Shown: positions 18,389 to 29,673 of the stretch, in pieces
Numbering within the stretch: position 1 is the first letter of the stretch
Layout of the letters: each line of letters starts with the position of its first letter
Assembly: GCA_027451365.1 (NCBI GenBank)
Contig: DAIDJN010000057.1
Location: 1 to 34,576 of the forward strand
DNA: 34,576 nucleotides
DNA from: Phycisphaerales bacterium
GTDB taxonomy: Bacteria > Planctomycetota > Phycisphaerae > WQYP01
Direction: 5' to 3'
Position numbers and translations under genes: made by a program
The notes under the pieces: model-generated
What the model saw: the letters and a program-made list of their open reading frames with translations, nothing else
What the model was told of the DNA's origin: nothing
Database searches by the model: none

Positions 18389-19795
18389 ATGATGGTAAAC
18401 GCAGGAAAATTGACGCGCGTTGCCGCGGCATCCGCGGTCCTGATTCTGGCGGGTGGATGCGCGAATTACCACGCAAAACCGCTGCATCCGGCGGCCTTCG
18501 CCAGGCGTTTTTCCCAGCGGAGTCTTACGTCGACGCGGCTTATAAACTATGTAAAAAATGAAAAAATAAAATTGGCCAAACAATTTCCGCGTCGCTGGAA
18601 TGCCGCGTCACTGGTCTGCGCGGGCTGGTATTACAGCCCGGTGTTGCGCGTGCAACGGGCGCGGCTTGCGGTGGATCGCGCAAATATGGTAACGGCTGCG
18701 GAATCGCCGAATCCCTCCGTCGCGCTTTCACCAACCTATGCGGCAAAAGCAGGCCCGGGTATTTCGCCGTGGATTCTTGGTTTTAATTTTGATATTCCCA
18801 TTGAAACCGCCGGACGACGTGAAGACCGCATGGTGCAGGCCAAGGCCCTGACTCTGGCCGGCCGCTATGATCTGGGACAAATTGCCTGGAACTTGCGGAA
18901 GCAAATCCGGGTGGCGATTATCAATTATCTTTTTGCGCGCAAAAAAGTCGGAATTCTCGCCCAACAGGCTCGCACGACGGAATTGATTCAGAGTCTCGTT
19001 AAATCACGTTTTAAAGCCGGTGATATTTCCCGCCCGGTTTATGCCGCTTCCGAGATTCAGGCCCGGCAAGCCGCTTTGGCACTGGTGGCGGCCAAGGGCC
19101 TGTTGCGCCAGCGGCGAATTCAACTGGCTGGAGCCATGTCATTGCCGGCGGCCGCATTGGATGACGTGCGATTGTCTGTTTCCGGTCTGCTGAAGCTTCA
19201 ACCGATGGGTGCGGCGGCCATGAAGCGGTTAACCCGTGACGCCCTGTTAAACCGCATGGATATTCAATCGCTGTTGGCGCAATATCGCGCGGCCGCGGCG
19301 GCATTGAAACTGCAAATCGCCCGGCAATATCCGAATATTCATCTGGGACCCGGTTACAGTTTCAATCAGGGAGCCAATGAATTCACGCTCGGCTTTTCCA
19401 TGACACTGCCGATTTTTAATCAGAATCAGGGTGCCATCGGGGCCGCGGAGGCCCGGCGGCGGATCATTGCCGCGGAACTGGATCAAAAGCAAACCATGGT
19501 GATGACGCATATCCGCACCGCGTTGTCGCAATATCAGTCCGCACGGCAGCAATGGCGGGCCGCACGCGCAATGGAACGCCGGTCGCGCCGGCAGGCGCGG
19601 GTGGCGCGCCAGGTGTATAAGGCGGGCGCGGAAAGCCACCTGGCTTTGGCCGAGGCGATTTTCCTCCGCAATACCTTTGTGCAATCCGCACTTCAAGCGC
19701 GATTCCAGGCGATAGCGGCACAGGAAAATCTGCAGGATATATTGGAAATGCCGCTGGCCCCTGCGCCGGCCAATCCGAAAGGAAATCACCCATGA
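18389..19795 (+). CDS. TolC-family outer-membrane efflux lipoprotein
   Basis: Lipobox LAGGC, PNPS...IPIETAG.R..R, YPNI.LGPGY...LPIFNQNQG.I..AEA.R; first gene of an RND operon. Confidence 0.9.
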   Translation: MMVNAGKLTRVAAASAVLILAGGCANYHAKPLHPAAFARRFSQRSLTSTRLINYVKNEKIKLAKQFPRRWNAASLVCAGWYYSPVLRVQRARLAVDRANMVTAAESPNPSVALSPTYAAKAGPGISPWILGFNFDIPIETAGRREDRMVQAKALTLAGRYDLGQIAWNLRKQIRVAIINYLFARKKVGILAQQARTTELIQSLVKSRFKAGDISRPVYAASEIQARQAALALVAAKGLLRQRRIQLAGAMSLPAAALDDVRLSVSGLLKLQPMGAAAMKRLTRDALLNRMDIQSLLAQYRAAAAALKLQIARQYPNIHLGPGYSFNQGANEFTLGFSMTLPIFNQNQGAIGAAEARRRIIAAELDQKQTMVMTHIRTALSQYQSARQQWRAARAMERRSRRQARVARQVYKAGAESHLALAEAIFLRNTFVQSALQARFQAIAAQENLQDILEMPLAPAPANPKGNHP

Positions 19796-21015
19796 GAATT
19801 GCCCAGAATAAAGGCGCGGCCGGGCAATCAGCCGCACTTGCGTGGACCGGCTTTTTGGTTTTTGCGCTGCTGTCCGGCACCGGACCGGTTATGGCCGCGC
19901 TGGCCCTCCCGCGGGCAGTTCCCAATTTTTCGGTGATTCATTTAAACAAGGCGCAGATAAAATCTTTGAATATTCAAACCGTGCGGCTGAAATCCGGATA
20001 TGTCCGTTCCACACTTCGCCTTTATGGTGAAATTAAGTCAAATCCTGATGGAATTTTTACTTTGTCTTCACCCTTGGCGGGGGTGGTTTTGGCGATGCCG
20101 GGCAAGCGCTGGCCGCAAACCGGTGACCGGGTAATTCAGGGCACCAGTGTTGCGGGCATCAGGCCGGTTGTTTCCACCACGCTGCAAATTACGCTGGCCC
20201 TGGAATTGACCAAGGTCAAGGCTGATCTTGCCGCGGCGCGCGTTGCGGAATTAACCGCCGCCGCCGCGTACCGGCGGGTAAAATCACTCTACGCCCAGAA
20301 CGAGGCGGTTTCGTTGCGGCGTGTGCAGACGGCGCACGCCGCTTTTGCTACAGCGCAGGGGCGGGTGCGGGCCGATGTGCGCACCATTTCCGCCATTTCG
20401 CGTCAGCTTAAATCCAAAGCCGGCGGCTTCTTGCCACTGCCTCTTTATCAAACTGGAACCATTACTGAAGTTCTGGCGCATCCCGGACAGGCGGTCGCCG
20501 CCGATCAACCACTTTTGCGAGTGGAAGACTTCCACAGACTTCTGGCCGCTGTGGCGCTGCCGGCATCTGAATCCGGCGCCATTGACCGCACCGCAGCAAT
20601 TCAAGTTCGCCCGTTGGGCCGCAAACACTGGATACAGGCTGCGCCATTAACGATTGGTCCGAGAGCCGATCGCCAAACCCGCGGTCTTTCCTTGCTTTAT
20701 CGGGTCGCGGATTCCACCGCGCTGCGTCCCGGTATGGCTCTGACGGCATTGGTTCCCCAGAAAGCGGCGCGCCGCAAGGCTGCGCAATGGGCTATCATTC
20801 CGCGCCGCGCGGTGGTCTGGTGGCGGGGTGAGCGGTGGGTGTACACCGTCCGCGGAGGTGGCGTATATGCCCTGCATGAATTGATTCATCCCATGATCGT
20901 GCCGGATGGGTACGCGGTTCCGAAAGGTTCCATTGTTTCGCGGCGGGTAGTTTCCGACGGGGCGCAACTTCTCATGACGATTCACCTGAGTTCCACACTT
21001 AAAAAGGCCGGCTGA
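19792..21015 (+). CDS. RND efflux periplasmic adaptor (membrane fusion protein)
   Basis: ATGA overlap with the TolC gene; SPLAGVV, helical hairpin, G.ITEV...PGQ.V.A..PLLRV, LRPGM, IP..AVVW..G..WVY. Confidence 0.85.
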   Translation: MRIAQNKGAAGQSAALAWTGFLVFALLSGTGPVMAALALPRAVPNFSVIHLNKAQIKSLNIQTVRLKSGYVRSTLRLYGEIKSNPDGIFTLSSPLAGVVLAMPGKRWPQTGDRVIQGTSVAGIRPVVSTTLQITLALELTKVKADLAAARVAELTAAAAYRRVKSLYAQNEAVSLRRVQTAHAAFATAQGRVRADVRTISAISRQLKSKAGGFLPLPLYQTGTITEVLAHPGQAVAADQPLLRVEDFHRLLAAVALPASESGAIDRTAAIQVRPLGRKHWIQAAPLTIGPRADRQTRGLSLLYRVADSTALRPGMALTALVPQKAARRKAAQWAIIPRRAVVWWRGERWVYTVRGGGVYALHELIHPMIVPDGYAVPKGSIVSRRVVSDGAQLLMTIHLSSTLKKAG

Positions 21016-21076
21016 CCGGCGGGCACAGAATTCAGCGGCTTCTAATTTATTTTTGCAAGTCAATAACGGACGGCGA

Positions 21077-24000
21077 ATGCTCAAACGGATCGTAAAATTT
21101 TCACTGAATTTTCGGGGCATCATGATTGCCCTGGCTTGCGTGCTGGCTGGCTATGGCTTTTATTCCATCAGCCGCGCGCGGTACGACGTGTACCCAGAGT
21201 TCATTCAGCCGCAATTAAAAATCAAGACTCTCGCCCCCGGTTTCAGCCCCAGTCAGGTGGAAAAGCTGGTCACCACGCCCATCGAACAGGCCCTGGCCGG
21301 TGGCGTCGGCGCGGAAAAAACCTTTTCCAATTCCCTTGCGGGCATTTCCATTGTGAAAGTGCTGTTTCCAGGTTCGTCGGATATATTCCGCGATCGGCAG
21401 GCCGTGTCGGCGCGACTGTTGCAGGTGGCCGCAACCTTGCCGCACAACGTTGGCACTCCCGTGCTTATGCCGCTTAGCAGTTCCATTCGCTGGGTCACCG
21501 TGGTGGGCATTACCAGCAAAACAAATAACTTGCGTCAATTGCGCACCGTGGCCGACTGGGTGATGCAGCCGCGGCTGCTGGCTGTTCATGGAGTTTCCGA
21601 AGTAGCCATTTATGGCGGTCTGCAGAAAGATTACCAGATTGAATTAATCCCCGGCCGTCTGATTCAATATGGTTTGACCGTCCGCCAGGTGATTGCCGCG
21701 GCGCGCGGTGCCACAGGACTGATGGGTGCGGGCTTTGTAACGACACCCAATCAATCCTTGACGCTGCGCGTGCATGGTCAGATTCAATCGCTTAAACAAC
21801 TCGGGCAGACGGCCGTCGCGATCCATGGAAGCCAGGTGGTGACCCTGGCGGATGTCGCCCATATCCGCCTTAGCCATCTGCCGCAGGTCGGAGCGGTATC
21901 CATTATGGGAAAGCCTGGAGTTCTTTTAATGATCGCCCAGGCTTATGGTTCGAATCTGCTGCATGTCAGTGCCCAGGTGAAAATCGCTCTGGCATCGCTT
22001 CGGCCAGTGCTTGCGCAAAATGGAATTGTACTACATGGCAAAATACTTCAATCATCTGATTTTATCACCACGGCTTTGCACAACCTGCTGGATTCTCTGC
22101 TGATGGGTGCCGGGCTGGTCATTCTGGTGCTGGTTCTGTTTCTTGGCGACTGGCGAACCAGCCTGATCTCCTGTCTGGCGATTCCGCTTTCCCTGCTTGC
22201 CGCGGTAGCGGTTCTGACGCATCTTGGGCAGACGCTTAATACCATGACCCTTGGCGGTCTGGCGGTGGCCATTGGTGAAGTGGTGGACGACGCGGTGATT
22301 GATGTGGAAAACATTACCCGGCGATTGCGCATCAACGCTTTGGCAGCCGCGCCGCGCGGCACTTTGGGCGTGGTTTTACAGGCTTCACTTGAAGTGCGCA
22401 GTTCCGTGGTCTTCGCCACTTTTGCCGTCATTTTGGTCTTCCTGCCGATTTTTGGCCTGGGCGGGCTGGCGGGCCGGTTTTTCGCGCCGCTGGGCATTGC
22501 CTATATTGCCGCGGTGCTTTCATCGCTGATTCTCGCCCTTACACTCACACCGGCCTTGTGCATGACACTGCTGCCGCAGGTTGCGGTTCGGCGGCATGAT
22601 GCGTGGCTGACCAGCCATCTGAAAACCGGTTATCGGCGGCTTCTTACGTCGGTGGAAAGCCATCGCATTGTCATTATGGTGCTGGTGGCCGCTGTCACGC
22701 TGGGTGGCCTGGCGCTGACGCCTTTTCTAAAGGTTGCCTTTCTTCCGCGATTGAACGAGCGTAATTATGTGGTGCATCTGGCGCTGGCGGCTGGTTCATC
22801 GCTGGAGCAGTCCATTGCCCTGGGCAATCGGATTACCGCGGATTTGCGCAACATTTCGTATATTCAGCAAATTGAACAGCGAACTGGAAAGCCCGCGCTG
22901 GCCGGCGATATTCTGGGACCGCAATACAGCGAATATTTGATTCGGCTGAAAGCTCTTTCGCCCTCACAGGCACGGAAATTTCATGCGGCGATGGCTCGTT
23001 TGATAAAGCAATTTCCCGGCGTGCTGTTGTATTACAACACGGTTCTATCCGAGCGCATCAATGAAACGATTTCCGGGTCCGGCGCTCCGGTTGCGGTGCA
23101 GGTGATAGGCAATAATTTCAGCGCTATTGAGCAAGCCTCTCGCCTGCTGACGGCTGCATTACGAAAAGTTCCCGGAGCGCGCAGCGTCGCCCCGCAAACT
23201 GCCTGGAACGCTCCGGAAATTCAGGTAAAACTTCGCCGTGATCAATTGCAGCGATGGGGGCTTTCCCCCATGACCGTCATGACCCGTGTTCACATGCTGC
23301 TTCGCGGGCGATTGGTGGGACACGTCTACCATGGTACCCGCGCGTGGCCGGTGCTTGTGACCATTGCTCCCGGCCTGACATCGCGCGTTTCGAGTATCGG
23401 TCAACTGCCGATTCGCACTCCAGGTGGCACATGGATTTCCCTGGCCGATGTGGCCAGAATTTATGAAGGCCCCGGCTTTTACCGCATTTCTCATATCAAT
23501 GGCCAGCGAGCCCAGATGATTAACATTCATCTTCAAGGCGTCATGGCGGAGCAATATGTCATCGCGGCACGCCAGGCGGTGGCCAGACTTCATCTTCCCG
23601 CCGGCGTGGTGGTGAATTTCACCGGTTCGGCCGCGGCCGCCACCACAGCGGAACATGATCTTCTGATTCATTCAGGCATCGCTCTAATCGGCATTCTGCT
23701 GCTGCTGTTTGTGGTACTTAAATATTTTAATAATGTCATGCTGCTGCTGATCAATTTGCCATTGGCGCTGGTTGGAGGCATTCTGATGATTTGGATATGT
23801 GGTGGGGAACTTTCCATTGGTGCGATGATCGGCTTTATTACACTGTTTGGAATAACGCTCCGCAATTCCATAATGCTGATGTCGCATTATCAGCACCTGG
23901 TGAGGCAGGAAGGAAGAACCTGGAATTCCACCACTGCCATAGAGGGGGCGGTGGACCGCCTGCCGGCGATTCTGATGACAGCCTTGGTTGCCGCTCTGGG

Positions 24001-24163
24001 ATTATTGCCTTTGGCTTTGGGAAGCGGCGCTCCGGGGCGGGAAATCGAAGGCCCACTGGCGCAAGTCATTGTGGGGGGGCTGTTTACTTCCACATTGTTG
24101 AATCTACTGGTTTTGCCGACATTGGCCTCCCGCTTTGGCCGCTTCGGCGCGCAGTCGCGGTAA
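21077..24163 (+). CDS. CusA/CzcA-family heavy-metal efflux RND permease
   Basis: DVYPEF..P...I.T.APG.SP..VE.LVT.PIE, NTMTLGGLAVAIGEVVDDAVIDVEN, GFITLFGI..RN.I, RL.AILMTAL..ALGLLPL. Confidence 0.93.
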   Translation: MLKRIVKFSLNFRGIMIALACVLAGYGFYSISRARYDVYPEFIQPQLKIKTLAPGFSPSQVEKLVTTPIEQALAGGVGAEKTFSNSLAGISIVKVLFPGSSDIFRDRQAVSARLLQVAATLPHNVGTPVLMPLSSSIRWVTVVGITSKTNNLRQLRTVADWVMQPRLLAVHGVSEVAIYGGLQKDYQIELIPGRLIQYGLTVRQVIAAARGATGLMGAGFVTTPNQSLTLRVHGQIQSLKQLGQTAVAIHGSQVVTLADVAHIRLSHLPQVGAVSIMGKPGVLLMIAQAYGSNLLHVSAQVKIALASLRPVLAQNGIVLHGKILQSSDFITTALHNLLDSLLMGAGLVILVLVLFLGDWRTSLISCLAIPLSLLAAVAVLTHLGQTLNTMTLGGLAVAIGEVVDDAVIDVENITRRLRINALAAAPRGTLGVVLQASLEVRSSVVFATFAVILVFLPIFGLGGLAGRFFAPLGIAYIAAVLSSLILALTLTPALCMTLLPQVAVRRHDAWLTSHLKTGYRRLLTSVESHRIVIMVLVAAVTLGGLALTPFLKVAFLPRLNERNYVVHLALAAGSSLEQSIALGNRITADLRNISYIQQIEQRTGKPALAGDILGPQYSEYLIRLKALSPSQARKFHAAMARLIKQFPGVLLYYNTVLSERINETISGSGAPVAVQVIGNNFSAIEQASRLLTAALRKVPGARSVAPQTAWNAPEIQVKLRRDQLQRWGLSPMTVMTRVHMLLRGRLVGHVYHGTRAWPVLVTIAPGLTSRVSSIGQLPIRTPGGTWISLADVARIYEGPGFYRISHINGQRAQMINIHLQGVMAEQYVIAARQAVARLHLPAGVVVNFTGSAAAATTAEHDLLIHSGIALIGILLLLFVVLKYFNNVMLLLINLPLALVGGILMIWICGGELSIGAMIGFITLFGITLRNSIMLMSHYQHLVRQEGRTWNSTTAIEGAVDRLPAILMTALVAALGLLPLALGSGAPGREIEGPLAQVIVGGLFTSTLLNLLVLPTLASRFGRFGAQSR

Positions 24164-24433
24164 TTGCCGGGGCCGGTCTCATTCGCGGACACAAATCAAT
24201 CGTCCGAGTCGTTATTGGCAGGTTATTTTACCCGGCTATCCACAACGGCTGTGTCTAAATAATCCGCGGCGACTTCGTTCCATTGAAAGCCACGTATCCT
24301 TTTTCCAATATCCGGACGGGACATTTACTCTGACCACAGACCTCTGGTTAATAAGTTTCTTCCATCGTCGTTTTCCGGTTACCGCACAAAGGGCGAAATT
24401 CCGATGCCGCAAGATTCGGCAAATCAAAGTTTC

Positions 24434-26815
24434 TTATGGCCGCACCGCGCTGCCTGCCGTGGCGTCGGTTGCGCAGTCGATGATCCGCTGTCGGAGGACT
24501 GTTACGCTCGACACCTGGCATAACGGCTGGGCACCGGAAAATCTGATATGAACCTGTGGCGGCATAATGACGCGAAAATGCGGGTAAAGCGGCATAAGCT
24601 GAATATCCACACGGCCGCGATTGGTCGGAGCGATCCGCCAAAGGGGCACATCCAGTGGCTTGCCATGATAAAAATCATCCACCAGCAGCTTGCCGCCACT
24701 TCGCACATGCAGCACATTTCCCAGATAATGAATTCGCAATATAAGGTGCGACCCGCGGTCCGCAGGCGGGATGGATATCCGCCAAAGCGCCGCATTTCGC
24801 CAGTCTGCATGCGTCCATTGGTGGGGCTGCCGTGACAATAATTTTGCCGCGCCTGTCAAGTTCGCGGCGCGCACGAATTGCAGTTTCACTGGCTCAACAT
24901 TGGCGTGGCTGGCGGGCAACTTATATTGCACGAAGGCGCCATCCGGAATGCCCATGGCCACCGAACCATTGATATGTAATATGTTCACCTTCGGCAATAT
25001 CGCCAGCGAACCGCCTTGGGAATGAGTCGTTTCCAACCGCAGCCGCTGTCTGCCGGGCAATAATTCCGCCATCGAAATCACACAACGTGTCCGTCCGGCA
25101 AAAGTTATTTTTGTCAGGTCCAGCGCCTGCTGTGGCGTTAAAACAATAAATGCGATTTGCTGCAGCGCGCCGGCCCGCGTATGAATACGAACGGAAAAGG
25201 CGATACCGGTGCCCGGCTTTATGCCACTGATTTTTTCATAACCGCCCGGCAGCGTGCTAAGAGTGCCGCCCAGGGTTTTGACCGGCGCTCCGGACCGAAT
25301 AACAAATTCCGGTGCCACGCCGGCCGTGGCACTGAAAATTTCATAAAGCCGGCCGCCCGCCCGGATATGACACAGCGGTTCAGCCGTCGCATAGCGAATA
25401 AGCTCACCGCCACATGACAAATTAAACGGCCACCAGCCGAAAATTCCCTTGCCGATGGTAATCGGATGATCCGGCACGCGAAGTTTGCCTGCGGTTGTCT
25501 GCAGGTTGAATTGAATATTTTTCTTGGCCGGCAGGGGATGGTCGTAGATATAATTATTGAAAAAGATGAAGCCTGCGCGGCCATTGGATCGCACATCCCA
25601 ACGAAGGGTGGTTGTGTCATGCAGGCCGGCGGGCAGGTGCGCGGGGGCCGCCGCAGGCATGGGCGCAAGCATTGCGCCAAAATCATGTGTAAAAAGTGCC
25701 TGCTGCCGCAGCAGCCGGTATTGTGGCCTTTGCTGGCCGCAGGCTCCCAGGGGTGCCTGAAAATCATAATTAATAAGCGGCATTTCATTGGACCATTTTG
25801 GACCATGGTATTCATTCAGATAGTAAGGCCTGTCGCCGCGCGGGTTCCAACCGCCATGGTACATATAAAAGCCCTGCCAGTTGGAACCGTTGGCGATTTC
25901 CATCATGGCAAAGGCGGCAATGTCCGGGCCATTGACCAGGGTGCGATGGGCATAACTGGAAGCCATGCCGCCGCCGGTTTCGCAGGTCGTGTACGGAAAC
26001 CCATGGAAAGGGGATTTTGTGGGATAAGTTGGAGCCACGGCGAACCGGTAAACGTATCGGTTGGCACGGGTAGAGCCGGTCCAGAATCCGACCGGATAGC
26101 CGCCAAACATGGGCAGGAGTTGATTGCCCAGATGATTGAAGCGGCTCCAACCGGTCATGGTATAAAACGGAACATCAATTCCATTTTTGATGGCCAGCTT
26201 TTTAAGAGCATATAGATAGGCGGTGTCCCCTGTTTCGTTGTCCATCTGCACGCCAATCACCGGTCCGCCCTGTTTCCAAAGCAGACCTTTCATCTGTATG
26301 GCGATCTGGTGATACAACCCGTTGGCCAGTTTCATGAAGCGCGGGTCGGTGGACCGAATGCGGCAGCCGGTGCGCAACACCCACTCCGGAATGCCGCCGT
26401 TGCGAACCTCGCCATGTGCCCAGGGTCCCATGCGAACCATGGCAAGCAGGCCGGCTTTTTTACAGTCCAGCAAAAATATCCGCAGTGATCTTCTGCCGCG
26501 CCAGTTCCAAACACCCGGTTGTTGTTCCTGATATATCCAAAAGACATAGGTGGAAACCACATTGACCCCGCCCGCCTTCATTTTCAGAAGCTCTTTGTAC
26601 CATTCGCGCTGCGGGTAGCGGCCATAATGAAATTCACCGGTCGTGGGTATCCAGGGCCGGCCATTAAGACTGATGAATCGGCTATTGATGGCAAAAGTAG
26701 CCCCGGTTGGGCTGCGCATGGTTCCGGTTTGCAGTCGCGACGGTTTGGGGCTGGCGACGAAAAGCAGGCTGATAGCCAGCAGTGTGGCCAAAGTGTGGGC
26801 AATGTAATGGTGCAT
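24434..26815 (-). CDS. Secreted glycoside hydrolase family 35 (beta-galactosidase)
   Basis: Signal peptide; GEFHY.RYP..W..EL.KMKAGG, YVFW..., GPW.HGEVRNGG.PEW, Q.DNE acid/base, CETGGG nucleophile, YMYHGG.NP, YDFQAPLG. Confidence 0.93.
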   Translation of the reverse strand: MHHYIAHTLATLLAISLLFVASPKPSRLQTGTMRSPTGATFAINSRFISLNGRPWIPTTGEFHYGRYPQREWYKELLKMKAGGVNVVSTYVFWIYQEQQPGVWNWRGRRSLRIFLLDCKKAGLLAMVRMGPWAHGEVRNGGIPEWVLRTGCRIRSTDPRFMKLANGLYHQIAIQMKGLLWKQGGPVIGVQMDNETGDTAYLYALKKLAIKNGIDVPFYTMTGWSRFNHLGNQLLPMFGGYPVGFWTGSTRANRYVYRFAVAPTYPTKSPFHGFPYTTCETGGGMASSYAHRTLVNGPDIAAFAMMEIANGSNWQGFYMYHGGWNPRGDRPYYLNEYHGPKWSNEMPLINYDFQAPLGACGQQRPQYRLLRQQALFTHDFGAMLAPMPAAAPAHLPAGLHDTTTLRWDVRSNGRAGFIFFNNYIYDHPLPAKKNIQFNLQTTAGKLRVPDHPITIGKGIFGWWPFNLSCGGELIRYATAEPLCHIRAGGRLYEIFSATAGVAPEFVIRSGAPVKTLGGTLSTLPGGYEKISGIKPGTGIAFSVRIHTRAGALQQIAFIVLTPQQALDLTKITFAGRTRCVISMAELLPGRQRLRLETTHSQGGSLAILPKVNILHINGSVAMGIPDGAFVQYKLPASHANVEPVKLQFVRAANLTGAAKLLSRQPHQWTHADWRNAALWRISIPPADRGSHLILRIHYLGNVLHVRSGGKLLVDDFYHGKPLDVPLWRIAPTNRGRVDIQLMPLYPHFRVIMPPQVHIRFSGAQPLCQVSSVTVLRQRIIDCATDATAGSAVRP

Positions 26816-27252
26816 GAAGTACCCTTCACAGAAGAATCGGCCACTGATGAGGAAGCTGCCGTAACAAGTTTTTATAACAATATGGAATAGATTCCGCCAG
26901 CCTGTAAATATTGGCCATTTCCGCGTGCCGGCAATTTTTCTGGCGGATCAATGGCTTTTTATGGCCTGCCCGGATGAATCGGGATGCTCCGCTGCTGCAG
27001 GCCGTCGGGGATCGTGTGTCACTTCATTTGCCGCTCAATTGGCGCGTTTTGGCCCCCGCCATAATATTTGGCAGCCCCATTGCCGGGCCAATACCCCAAG
27101 AGTGCCCAATCGGCATCTCTTCGGTTAAAATACGGTCACAGCGCCGCGCGGCAGGCCAGACCGGCCCGGCGACTGGCAATCTACTGCCCGAACTTCAGTC
27201 GTGCATGAACGTAAAAATGGTGTCGCGGAATTTATAGGCGAAGGGTTATTCA

Positions 27253-29673
27253 ATGAAAAACATGTTTCACCGGCAATGGATACTCGCCACGGTCTGCAGT
27301 GCGGCCTTGTTTGCAGGCGGTATTAATCTGCATGCCCAGGGACCGGCGACCGGTCGCGCAAAAAGTCTGTTGGCGGGCCAACTGGTGGATGATGCCCGAG
27401 CCGCGGGTCGCAACCTTCAATTGCCGCCCGGGCTGGCGGCTCGCGAATCGCTGGTTTTGCTGCAAAAAGCTCAGGAACTGGATCCAGCTTCCGCCACCGT
27501 TTTGCGGCTTCTGGCCGAGGCCGCGCGGGCGTTGCACCGCACCGGTATTGAACGCGCGGCACTCTTGAAAATGGTTAATCTGCAGCCGGACAATCTGGCG
27601 GCCCAACTGAAATTTCTGGATTCGCTGGCGGCCGGTGCCCAGACTGTAGCCCAACGGATTCGTATTTACCGCAAAACAATGGCCCAGAACAACCTGAATC
27701 CGCAAATCAAAAGCGCTTTGGCGCTGCGCGTCGGGCTGCTGTTGAATGCCCAGGCGCATCACCATGCGGCGAACCTCATGTTTGTGGAAGCCGTCAGGCT
27801 TAATTCGTCCAATCTGGCGGCTTGGCAGGAACTGACACTGGCTTTGCGGAAAAGCCACGCGCCCGCACACCAGCTTCTTTATTGTTACCTCCATACCCTC
27901 CATTGCGACCCATTCCAGCCGGATGCAATGGTCGGTATTGCACATCTGCTGGCGGCCGCCGGGCATTATGGCCTGGCCGCAAAATGGGCCAATGCCGCAA
28001 TTGCCGAATACCAGCAGAGCCACACCGCTCTGGGTTCGGGCCTGCCATCAGATCTTGCGGCCTATTGGGCCATTGCCGCCCAGCAGGACAAGGTGCGCCC
28101 CTATCTGGACGAATTGCTGGCGTTTAAAAAGCCGGCCACCTCTGTTCTTCTGATTGCCCTGGCGGAATATTCCAATGGCAAACCGATTGCCGATACCCGT
28201 CCGGCCAAGCTCCTGGCGCGAATTGAAGCTCGCCTGGCGGCCGAACTGAAAAGCCGCCCCGGCAGCGCGCGGCTGAAGGCCGATGCGTTATGGCTGCAAC
28301 TGGTCTATCAGAACAAGCTCCCCGCGAATATTGCGGCACACGTGGCGGCAATGCAAAAGCCGCTCGCCGCCGCCCCGGCCCTTTACGCCCGCTTACGCGG
28401 CTGGCAACTTCTAAGGCAGGGCAATATGCAGGCAGCGGCCGAAAAATTCCAAACGGGCCTGACTGACCCTTATGCGGTCATCGGATTGGCGGAGGCTAAA
28501 GCCGCTTTGGGTCATAAAAAAGCGGCCACCGCTTTACTGGTTGGGCTCTGGCGGCATTCGCCGCCGCTGCCGACGGCATTGGCCATCGCCCAGACCGCAC
28601 GCACCCTGCGAATTCACCTGTCTTCCAGTGCCGCCGGCAATGCGCTTGCGGTTCAGGCCCGCGGGTATCCTTCGCGCATGCTTCACGCGGTATACGATCC
28701 GTCGAATATGGTGCTCGTCAGTGTGCACTGGCCGCATCGCTTTCCAGATTATGGACGGCCTGTTTATATTCATGTGCATTATTACAATGAATCACCCTGG
28801 AGTCTGGCCGTCGGTCCCCACACGGCTATCACCACAGATATGGCCATGGCCGCCCGAATTCAGGGAATATCCAATATCAATCTGGGTGCCTACGCGATTG
28901 ATTCCAACGCGTCGGTGCTTCGGCTGGATTCACAACAATCCTTGGAAGTGACTTATCAGATTGACCAGGGCGCCCTGCGGACCATCAGTCTGGACAATCC
29001 CGATTCGCTGGTCGGCGGGCGACTGGAACTGATTACCAACCCCATCGCGGAAGGTACGGATATTTTTCCAGGACTTGGCGGACAATCCATAGATGCCGGA
29101 TATTTTAATATTCGCGGCTTTTTTTCCGGCGGCTTGCAAGCCATGACCGCTCAGGTTTCACATTTTAATGGCCTGTCTGAAGCCGACCAGATGATTGCCG
29201 CCGGTGCCATTGCCAATGTGCTGCCAAAACTCGCCGCGGACCTGGTTTCGGCCAGTCAGGCCAGCGCGACGGCATCGCCTTCCCCGGCCCAAATCCGCAA
29301 AGCCATTACCGCCCTTAGCGCGCCTCTGGAAAGCGAATTGAACAATCCGGGTGCCACCGATGTGCAGGCTTGGCTGACGCGACTGGCTCCGCGAAAACAG
29401 TTGCCGACAAAAATTCTGGCGGGCATTTCGGATCTCCGAAACTCGACCAGTGCTGCGGTGCGGATGATGAGTTACTGGCGCATGCTGGTTACCGCGCAGG
29501 ATAAACATTCGCCCAAGGCGATGAAAGCGGTCCAAAAAGAACTCACAGTTCTTGCTCATTCGGATAAGGATCCTTTAGCGGCGCGCTGGGCCGCGGACCT
29601 CGCCGAGCAGGCGGCCATTACGCCCGTAACCAGGACGAAAAAATCCAAAGCCACAAAAGCCAACCCCAGTTGA
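27253..29673 (+). CDS. Large exported TPR-like/helical protein of unknown function
   Basis: 806-aa ORF with a signal peptide, TPR-like N-terminal half, beta-rich middle domain and helical C-terminus. Confidence 0.75.
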   Translation: MKNMFHRQWILATVCSAALFAGGINLHAQGPATGRAKSLLAGQLVDDARAAGRNLQLPPGLAARESLVLLQKAQELDPASATVLRLLAEAARALHRTGIERAALLKMVNLQPDNLAAQLKFLDSLAAGAQTVAQRIRIYRKTMAQNNLNPQIKSALALRVGLLLNAQAHHHAANLMFVEAVRLNSSNLAAWQELTLALRKSHAPAHQLLYCYLHTLHCDPFQPDAMVGIAHLLAAAGHYGLAAKWANAAIAEYQQSHTALGSGLPSDLAAYWAIAAQQDKVRPYLDELLAFKKPATSVLLIALAEYSNGKPIADTRPAKLLARIEARLAAELKSRPGSARLKADALWLQLVYQNKLPANIAAHVAAMQKPLAAAPALYARLRGWQLLRQGNMQAAAEKFQTGLTDPYAVIGLAEAKAALGHKKAATALLVGLWRHSPPLPTALAIAQTARTLRIHLSSSAAGNALAVQARGYPSRMLHAVYDPSNMVLVSVHWPHRFPDYGRPVYIHVHYYNESPWSLAVGPHTAITTDMAMAARIQGISNINLGAYAIDSNASVLRLDSQQSLEVTYQIDQGALRTISLDNPDSLVGGRLELITNPIAEGTDIFPGLGGQSIDAGYFNIRGFFSGGLQAMTAQVSHFNGLSEADQMIAAGAIANVLPKLAADLVSASQASATASPSPAQIRKAITALSAPLESELNNPGATDVQAWLTRLAPRKQLPTKILAGISDLRNSTSAAVRMMSYWRMLVTAQDKHSPKAMKAVQKELTVLAHSDKDPLAARWAADLAEQAAITPVTRTKKSKATKANPS

